Source of the DNA: Bacillota bacterium | GTDB taxonomy: Bacteria > Bacillota > SHA-98 > UBA4971 | Assembly (NCBI GenBank): GCA_012518595.1 | Contig: JAAYRV010000004.1 | Location: 1-50,303 of the forward strand | DNA length: 50,303 nucleotides | Reading direction: 5' to 3' | In this document: positions 43,729 to 50,303 of the stretch, piece by piece | How positions within the stretch are numbered: the first letter of the stretch is position 1 | Layout of the letters: every line of letters starts with the position of its first letter | The notes under the pieces: generated by a model | Database searches by the model: none | Told to the model about the DNA's origin: nothing | What the model saw: the letters and a program-made list of their open reading frames with translations, nothing else | Translations under genes and position numbers: made by a program

Positions 43729-45150
43729 TTGAAAGAATATCGAGACCTTGTGGTACATGAAGGCAATCAACCACTGGTTGACGCCTTGGAAATGTCTATC
43801 CTGTCGCTCCTTACAGGCAAGCCGATTCACGTTCATGTAGAAGGTCTTCGTGGCACAGGCAAGACTACCGTTGTCAGGGCCATGAAGAGTATTCTTCCTT
43901 GTATAGAAAGAATTGCGGGATGCTCCTATAACTGTGAACCAACGAGTCCCCACTGTCCCGTTCATCGGAATCTGGGTCCTGAGGACCTGTCTCTCTTAGG
44001 CACTGAGTCAGTCTCCATTCCATTTCTTGAAATATCCCATGCTGCAAAACTCGGAACCGTTGTAGGCAGCATAGATTTGGCGAAAGTAGTTGATCCGAAC
44101 CGGCCTGAGGTAGCCCTGTTACCGGGAGTAATCCCCAGGGCGTATCGAGGCATTATTTTTGTGGATGAGATAAATCGGTTGGCAGACACCTCCCCTGAGC
44201 TCACAGACGTCCTTCTTGACGTCATGGGGACAAAACCAGGGCGCCTTCAGGTAGAAGAAACAGGCTTGCCCACTTTTACGCTTCCGGTCATGTGTTGTGT
44301 TTGGGCTGCCAGCAATCCTGATGAAGAACCGGGAGCGCTTGAAGATATCAGAAGACAATTGTCTGACAGATTCGACTTCGTAATAAACATGGGACGACCA
44401 CAAAACCATGACACAGTAAAGAGAATCCTCTCCGGTTCCAAGACTTCCTATGATTCCACATGGCTTCAACATGGGAGTTCTGTTCCTCAAAAAGCCGGTT
44501 TGCTACGGAAGATCTTCTTACCCGATGAGTTGGCATCACTCTTAGCTGAACTCTACGTTAGTTTCGGAATTGAGAGTCTAAGGGCTGTAGAGGCAATTTC
44601 TCTCGGCGCACGAGCCAGAGCCGCGTTAAACTCCAGAACCAATGTGTTGCTTGATGACATAAGAGGCGTATTGGCAATTACCCTTCGCCACCGCGTTGAC
44701 GGCGCAACACTCATTAACATAAGCAAGTTTCTTGACGAGTACGAATCCAGGCGTGGCGGGCATAGGGAACGAGACAGGCAGCCTGAAAACTCCGGAGATG
44801 ACAGAGAAGACGGACAAGCCGCGTCAGAGAATTCGAGAGCGCTGGCAAGAAGCGGTGATAATGTGGCAAGACCCGACTCTCTTTGGGACAGGCTTATGAG
44901 AGGAATGGGGTTGATTCGTCCTGATCCATTACGAAAACCTGGTCTGTCGCAGCAAAGAGGGGTTACGTCTGCAACCGGGGAATCCGCAAGACAAAGAGGA
45001 CATGGACGGCATTATGCAGCAGGTGGAGGGACAAGTATAGCCGATCCCAGGGATGTTGACGTATGCGCGCCGCCCGGTAAGGCCAAATCCCTTTTCCAAC
45101 TTTCAGGGGGGGATATTCTGTTTACTGAGGAGGATCTCAGGACAAGATGA
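43729..45150 (+). CDS. ChlI/BchI-like (Mg-chelatase subunit I family) AAA+ ATPase with low-complexity C-terminal tail
   Basis: Walker A GLRGTGKTT; ChlI-type Cys insert CIERIAGCSYNCEPTSPHC; Walker B IIFVDEINRL; ASNPDE; SDRFDF. TTG at 43729 lies 8 nt after AGGAGG; the alternative is ATG 43699. Confidence 0.75.
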   Translation: MKEYRDLVVHEGNQPLVDALEMSILSLLTGKPIHVHVEGLRGTGKTTVVRAMKSILPCIERIAGCSYNCEPTSPHCPVHRNLGPEDLSLLGTESVSIPFLEISHAAKLGTVVGSIDLAKVVDPNRPEVALLPGVIPRAYRGIIFVDEINRLADTSPELTDVLLDVMGTKPGRLQVEETGLPTFTLPVMCCVWAASNPDEEPGALEDIRRQLSDRFDFVINMGRPQNHDTVKRILSGSKTSYDSTWLQHGSSVPQKAGLLRKIFLPDELASLLAELYVSFGIESLRAVEAISLGARARAALNSRTNVLLDDIRGVLAITLRHRVDGATLINISKFLDEYESRRGGHRERDRQPENSGDDREDGQAASENSRALARSGDNVARPDSLWDRLMRGMGLIRPDPLRKPGLSQQRGVTSATGESARQRGHGRHYAAGGGTSIADPRDVDVCAPPGKAKSLFQLSGGDILFTEEDLRTR

Positions 45151-46919
45151 ATGATTTTCGTCACTTGGCCTTCTTGCGGTATGACAGTCATCGCCTGGTT
45201 AAATTGATGCTGACTGAGTTCCGGATGGGACGGGGCCTCAGGATTGGCGAAACTACGGTAATCAGCCGTAGAGTACATGTAATCTATCCAACTGAGCCTG
45301 ATGAGGTGAAAATTGTCATAAATCAGGATGCAGGTTGCGCGTTTTACTCAAGGCTGAAGAAAAACGAAATACTTCATATAGATGTCTTCCATGAAATTGG
45401 CGAAATTGACCACAGAAGAATCGCAGAAGTAATTAAGCAGGCTATACATGAGTATTTTCGCAATCCAATGCTGCACCATGCCAGAGGGCTTCTATTTCCC
45501 ACTGCAAGCGAGCTTTTGGATCTCATTGACATGCAGACAGGGAGCGGCGGGGGTCGAGTCAGCGGGTCCTTGAATTACGGCAGAAAGTTCTCTCTCAGAA
45601 AAGCCCACTACAATCACGTACATCTGGCTGCAATGTTACCTGACAATTGCCTGGCAGCGGTTTTTTATATTGTCAGCGCCATAGAAGCGGAGCTTTCACG
45701 TCAAGGGGTTGAGATTCGCAAAGTGGAGCGTATCTCCCATTTGGAGGGGAAAGGAAAGGCAGATCTCTCCCCGTATTCCAGTATCTTCGACTCACACCTG
45801 AATGAAGCAGGTCGAAGGCCTGCTGACCGCGACTGGAATTCATTGAATCAAGAATCCCGGGTGGACGCAGTGGCGTCAATGGCAGAGGAATTCGGCGGAA
45901 GAGTCAACATGGCAAAACTCCTTGAAAGCCTTACACTATCAGGGAGTATTCCTCCGGATATTCGCTCAGATGTCGGGGATCTTGATGAGGTTATAGAAAG
46001 GCTCACCTTCTTTCAACTCATAGGACGCGACATGGGCAAGTTTACTCTAACCCCGAAAGGCACTGAAGTGAGAAGCATCCTGACTTCATATGCTTCAGAA
46101 ATTGAAGCCGCAATCAGACGTCTTATCAGAAAAATGCCGATAGTGAAGAAGTTTCCTCGATATGAGGAAGGTAATTTTCGTAAGAAAGCCCGGGGTGAGA
46201 CACCGAAGATCGCAAAAACCGCAAGAGCGTTGAGTGAAGGAGAATGGTGTGACACTATCGCTGTCCCTGAGACGATCCTTACTTCCCTGGTGAGACGTGA
46301 GATGGAAGGTGTTGACTCGTCTCGGTTTTTGCGCGGGGACATACAGGTTTACAGACGTCGTCCCACACATCCTCCTGAAGTCTGCCTTTTGATAGACGCC
46401 AGCGCAAGTATGGTGGGAAGACGGATTCGAGCTGCTAAGTATCTGATACGCCACTTGACTATGGCGTGCCGGGTGAAGATCAGTGTGTTGACATTTCAAG
46501 AACGTGATGTGAAAATTCACATTGCGTCTACGAGAAGTAAAAAGGCAATTGAAGAAGGAGTAAAAAGAATCCAACCTCAAGGCCTGACTCCGCTTGCCGC
46601 AGGTATTGCTGATACACTGGATTTCATTAAAGCAAGGAAGCTAAAAGACGTCCTTCTTATCCTGATAACCGACGGTATTCCCACAATGAATCGCTGGACT
46701 GCGGATCCTGCACGAGATGCCCTCACAGCTGCAAAACGCATAGCAGACAGCAAAATCACATTTATGTGCGTAGGTCTTCAGCCTAACCGTGATTTCCTTT
46801 CTCGCCTTGTTGATGTGGCTCATGGTAAACTATATATAGTTGACGAGTTCGACAAAGACATTCTGGTGAATCTGGTAAGGGCGGGAAGACGGGAAAGCGC
46901 CAAGGGCAGAAACCGCTAG
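45147..46919 (+). CDS. VWA-domain protein (complete MIDAS) with ~400-aa N-terminal region of unknown family
   Basis: C-terminal LLIDASASM...TPLAAGI...LILITDGIPT (DxSxS..T..D MIDAS). The ATGA start/stop overlap with the upstream ATPase implies translational coupling. Confidence 0.75.
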   Translation: MNDFRHLAFLRYDSHRLVKLMLTEFRMGRGLRIGETTVISRRVHVIYPTEPDEVKIVINQDAGCAFYSRLKKNEILHIDVFHEIGEIDHRRIAEVIKQAIHEYFRNPMLHHARGLLFPTASELLDLIDMQTGSGGGRVSGSLNYGRKFSLRKAHYNHVHLAAMLPDNCLAAVFYIVSAIEAELSRQGVEIRKVERISHLEGKGKADLSPYSSIFDSHLNEAGRRPADRDWNSLNQESRVDAVASMAEEFGGRVNMAKLLESLTLSGSIPPDIRSDVGDLDEVIERLTFFQLIGRDMGKFTLTPKGTEVRSILTSYASEIEAAIRRLIRKMPIVKKFPRYEEGNFRKKARGETPKIAKTARALSEGEWCDTIAVPETILTSLVRREMEGVDSSRFLRGDIQVYRRRPTHPPEVCLLIDASASMVGRRIRAAKYLIRHLTMACRVKISVLTFQERDVKIHIASTRSKKAIEEGVKRIQPQGLTPLAAGIADTLDFIKARKLKDVLLILITDGIPTMNRWTADPARDALTAAKRIADSKITFMCVGLQPNRDFLSRLVDVAHGKLYIVDEFDKDILVNLVRAGRRESAKGRNR

Positions 46920-47005
46920 AGGCAGGATTTCCTCTGCTGTTTGGCGAATATCCCCAAAACACATATCCGGCCATTCTTATACTCTTAAAGTTAGGAGATG
47001 ATACC

Positions 47006-47455
47006 GTGCTTGCCATTGCCATAGTAGCGTTGGCATTTGCTGTTCTTGTGGCAATGTTTGCCATTCAGAACTCTGCTTTGGTTTCTGTCTCATTTTTTAA
47101 GTGGCAGCTCAAAGATATTTCTTTGGCAGTAGTAATTCTGGGCTCGGCTGCAGCAGGCGCTCTGGCTGTCGGCCTTTTTACTCTCGTTAGGGAAATCGGC
47201 CTCAGGCTTTCCCTTAGGTCATGCAACGCAAAATTGGATGCAACTACGAAAGAGCTGGATGAAACGCAAGAAAGCAGTATTCGCTTAGAGCAGGATCTGG
47301 AAAGGCTGAAAGGCGAACTTGATGTCAAGACAAGAGAGATCGAAACCGAGAAACGCCTTGTAGAAGCCCTTGAAGTTGAACTGGAAGCCACGCGGGCCAT
47401 GGAGATCCTTCCTCAGCAGGAAGAAGGTAAAGATACGCCTGATGAGCCTGTGTAA
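47006..47455 (+). CDS. LapA-domain (DUF1049-like) membrane protein with coiled-coil tail
   Basis: Two TM helices (FAIQNSALVSVSFF...) followed by an E/L/K-rich heptad-like C-terminus. Confidence 0.6.
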   Translation: MLAIAIVALAFAVLVAMFAIQNSALVSVSFFKWQLKDISLAVVILGSAAAGALAVGLFTLVREIGLRLSLRSCNAKLDATTKELDETQESSIRLEQDLERLKGELDVKTREIETEKRLVEALEVELEATRAMEILPQQEEGKDTPDEPV

Positions 47456-47502
47456 CATATATTGCTGAAATAGATAGGATGAAGTAGTTGGGGAGTGAGA
47501 GA

Positions 47503-49242
47503 TTGACCAATTGCGTATGGAAAGTATCAGAAGTACATGAAGAGACCCGAGCAAAGGGCAAGATTATCAGTAATGCTTTGGGCCTTCCTCCTCTTGTCGC
47601 AGACTTGATGGCTCAAAGAGGAATCACGGACGCAAGTTGTGCGGATGCGTTTTTGCGGGCGGATCTTACGGATCTTGAAGACCCGTACCTCCTTACTGAT
47701 ATGGATAAGGCAGTTGCAAGACTGATTCGAGGGATAGAAAATGAAGAGAAGATTCGGGTGTACGGTGACTATGATGTAGACGGCATTACATCCATATGCG
47801 TCCTCATGGATGCCCTGGGCAGTCTGGGGGCAGACATTGACTATTATATTCCTGACCGTGTTGACGAAGGGTACGGAATGAACCCTGAGGCAGTCACCGA
47901 CATAGCAAGAGACGGTACATCCTTATTGATTACGGTGGATTGCGGTATTACAGCATCATCTGAAATTGAGTTGGCCGAAAGTCTTGGGATGGACGTGATC
48001 GTTACGGATCACCATGAACCTCACGGAGAGATTCCGTCTGCTGTTGCAGTTATCAATCCCAAGCGTTGCGACGATGAATACCCCTTCCGAGATCTTGCAG
48101 GGGTAGGTGTCGCCTATAAGTTGGTTCACGCCCTTCTAATGCGCGTCAAAGGCACATCCAATGTCTTCGATCCGCCTGATCGCCTTCTCGACCTCGTGGC
48201 GCTGGGCACTATTGCTGACGTGTCTCCGCTTACCGGAGAGAACAGGATATTTGCAAAGCAGGGTTTGGCAAAGATGAACCGGACCGAAAATTTGGGGCTT
48301 AAGTGTCTGATTGAAGTTTGCGGCCTTAGCAATCGTAGAATTACAGCGGGAACTGTAGGTTTCGTAATCGCTCCGCGCCTTAATGCAGCAGGCAGGATTC
48401 GCGATGCGTCACTGTGCGCAGAACTTCTGTTGACTGATTCACCCAAGGAGGCTATGGACATAGCCAGGTTTTTAGACCGGGTCAACTCGGAGAGGCAAGA
48501 TCTGCAGCAGCTGATATTCGATGAAGCGTCATCTATGGTGGAAACCTCTGACGGCCGGGCTGTTGACAGTGTCCTTGTCTTGGCAAATGAAGGATGGCAC
48601 CCGGGGGTAATCGGGATCGTCGCGTCCAGGCTTGTAGAGGAATTCAATCGCCCTACGATCATGATATCTCTTGACGGTGATGAAGGTAGAGGTTCAGGGA
48701 GAAGCATCCCTGAATTTGACTTGTACAGAGCGCTCTGTGAATGCCAAGGATCTCTTCTTCGTTTCGGAGGACATAAGCATGCTGCAGGAATTGCAGTATC
48801 CCGCGATGCAATTGACGAATTCCGCCAGGAAATAAACGAAGTCGGGCGAAGCGTTCTCAGCGAAGATGATTTTCTACCGAAAATCATCTTAGATCGTGAG
48901 CTGACCCTGGATGAGATTGACTTGGAAGTCGCAAAGGGTATTGCAATGCTTGCGCCGTTTGGCGTCGCGAACCCGACACCTATGTTTCTGTCAACCGGAG
49001 TTAGCCTCAAAGAATATAGAGGTGTCGGGGCAGGCGGCAAGCACTTGAAACTGAAACTCTCCCAAAGCGGTACCGCCCATGACGGCATAGGGTTCGGCCT
49101 GGGCTATTTGACAGCTGAACTTTACTCGCATCGTGCAAAGGATGTTGATCTAATCTATAGAATTGAGGTTAACGAATGGAATGGAACAATTCAGCCGCAA
49201 CTTAATGTAAAAGGTTTGAGAGTCGCTGAAAATCAGACTTAA
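47503..49242 (+). CDS. recJ: Single-stranded-DNA-specific exonuclease RecJ
   Basis: DHH motifs (GDYDVDGITS, TVDCG, VTDHH) and DHHA1 (GGHKHAAG). TTG at 47503 lies 7 nt after GGGAG; the alternative is 47488. Confidence 0.9.
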   Translation: MTNCVWKVSEVHEETRAKGKIISNALGLPPLVADLMAQRGITDASCADAFLRADLTDLEDPYLLTDMDKAVARLIRGIENEEKIRVYGDYDVDGITSICVLMDALGSLGADIDYYIPDRVDEGYGMNPEAVTDIARDGTSLLITVDCGITASSEIELAESLGMDVIVTDHHEPHGEIPSAVAVINPKRCDDEYPFRDLAGVGVAYKLVHALLMRVKGTSNVFDPPDRLLDLVALGTIADVSPLTGENRIFAKQGLAKMNRTENLGLKCLIEVCGLSNRRITAGTVGFVIAPRLNAAGRIRDASLCAELLLTDSPKEAMDIARFLDRVNSERQDLQQLIFDEASSMVETSDGRAVDSVLVLANEGWHPGVIGIVASRLVEEFNRPTIMISLDGDEGRGSGRSIPEFDLYRALCECQGSLLRFGGHKHAAGIAVSRDAIDEFRQEINEVGRSVLSEDDFLPKIILDRELTLDEIDLEVAKGIAMLAPFGVANPTPMFLSTGVSLKEYRGVGAGGKHLKLKLSQSGTAHDGIGFGLGYLTAELYSHRAKDVDLIYRIEVNEWNGTIQPQLNVKGLRVAENQT

Positions 49243-49337
49243 TTGATGTATAATTGATAGAAAGTATACAAGCCGGAAGACGGCTGATTAAGTCATCCGG
49301 CCAAAGACAATTCCGGGCCGGGATATAGGTGGTATCT

Positions 49338-50303
49338 ATGGGAGTTGCCATCGAGGATGTGCTTGACAAGGTAAAGCAATATGCTCCTAACGCGCGTCTG
49401 GACATTGTGACACAGGCTTATGATTTTGCGTCACGGGCACACGCAGGGCAGCGGCGTGACTCAGGAGATTGGTATATTTTTCACCCCCTCGAGGTTGCGC
49501 TTATCCTTGCCGAACTTGAAATGGACGTTACAACAATAGCCGCAGGGTTACTCCATGATGTAATTGAAGATACTGACATCACTTTGGATGAGATTAAGGC
49601 GACATTCGGAGACGAAATCGGCCTTCTGGTTGACGGAGTCACCAAACTCGGCAGAGTTCCGCTTATGTCAAGAGAAGAGCAACAGGCTGAAAACTTGAGG
49701 AAAATGTTTCTGGCAATGGCTCAGGACATCCGGGTAGTCCTTATCAAGTTGGCTGACAGGCTTCACAATATGCGGACTCTGGGACATCTTCCCTGGGACA
49801 GGCAGGCAAGAATAGCCAAGGAGACTTTGGAGATTTATGCACCCCTTGCCCACAGGCTAGGAATGTGGCGAATTAAGTGGGAGCTTGAGGACCTTGCTCT
49901 GAGATACTTGGAGCCGGGTGAGTATTACAAGCTTGTGGAGAGGGTCGCAAGGAAACGCAAAGAACGGGAAAGCCTCATTGAAGAAGCGAAAGAGATCCTC
50001 AGGAAAAGCCTTAATGAAGGAAATATTGCCTGTGAACTGCAGGGAAGGGCTAAACACTTCTACAGCATATTCGAGAAGATGAGAGCAAGAGGCAGGACTT
50101 TTGATGAGATTTACGATCTTATCGCAGTTCGAATCATCGTCAACAACGTGAGGGATTGCTACGCAGCCCTTGGCACGGTTCACTCTATCTGGAAGCCGAT
50201 GCCCGGCCGGTTTAAGGACTACATAGCGATGCCTAAATCGAATATGTATCAATCTCTTCATACTACGGTGATAGGTCCTAAGGGAGAACCCTTGGAAATT
50301 CAG
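49338..50303 (+). CDS. relA: Bifunctional (p)ppGpp synthetase/hydrolase RelA/SpoT homologue; 3' end outside window
   Basis: Not in the ORF track because the frame runs off the window end. My translation from ATG 49338 (AGGTGG RBS) gives ...HAGQRRDSGDWYIFHPLEVALILAE...LLHDVIEDT (HD domain) and then ...DYIAMPKSNMYQSLHTTV (synthetase domain). Confidence 0.9.
   Translation, partial: MGVAIEDVLDKVKQYAPNARLDIVTQAYDFASRAHAGQRRDSGDWYIFHPLEVALILAELEMDVTTIAAGLLHDVIEDTDITLDEIKATFGDEIGLLVDGVTKLGRVPLMSREEQQAENLRKMFLAMAQDIRVVLIKLADRLHNMRTLGHLPWDRQARIAKETLEIYAPLAHRLGMWRIKWELEDLALRYLEPGEYYKLVERVARKRKERESLIEEAKEILRKSLNEGNIACELQGRAKHFYSIFEKMRARGRTFDEIYDLIAVRIIVNNVRDCYAALGTVHSIWKPMPGRFKDYIAMPKSNMYQSLHTTVIGPKGEPLEIQ

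Noticed and set aside
48126-49088. 320-aa minus-strand ORF antisense to recJ. The same applies to the other long antisense ORFs (17563-18159 in lysA, 37080-37643 in gpsA, 14083-14643, 10573-11037 and 30614-31120).
   Set aside because: They lie entirely within well-supported + strand genes. Their composition is typical of antisense frames, with no recognisable motifs.

Overview
This is a 50.3-kb chromosomal core segment from an endospore-forming Firmicute, probably Clostridia-like; the species is not identifiable from sequence alone. I call 53 protein-coding genes, 52 of them on the + strand and tightly packed. Gene order follows two classic Bacillus/Clostridium housekeeping and sporulation neighbourhoods. 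The first runs spoIIM-xerD-pdp-dacF-spoIIAA-spoIIAB-sigF-spoVAC/AD/AE-lysA. The second runs trpS-scpA-scpB-ytfI/ytfJ-like, then cmk-plsC-ispH::rpsA, spoIIP, prsA-like, der-plsY-gpsA, surE-ddl and recJ-relA. I saw no rRNA, tRNA, CRISPR array, transposase, phage block or recognisable defence system. Three things stand out. (1) An interspersed mosaic repeat family occurs in five intergenic copies, about one per 10 kb, and I do not recognise it as a known element. Two copies carry a 108-bp cassette with terminal inverted repeats and 6-bp flanking duplications. The cassette sits at the same site in both copies but in opposite orientations. Repeat ends also supply the stop codons or C-terminal tails of three genes. 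(2) A PAS/sigma-54 enhancer-binding protein is followed by a well-spaced -24/-12 promoter. That promoter precedes a translationally coupled ChlI-like AAA+ ATPase and a large VWA(MIDAS) protein, with no chelatase catalytic subunit in the window. (3) A 730-nt non-coding stretch upstream of the prsA-like gene is packed with tandem duplications, and a perfect 15-bp direct repeat abuts a strong promoter. All coordinates, motifs and alignments were read by eye. No database search was possible, so family names rest on recalled signature motifs and synteny.
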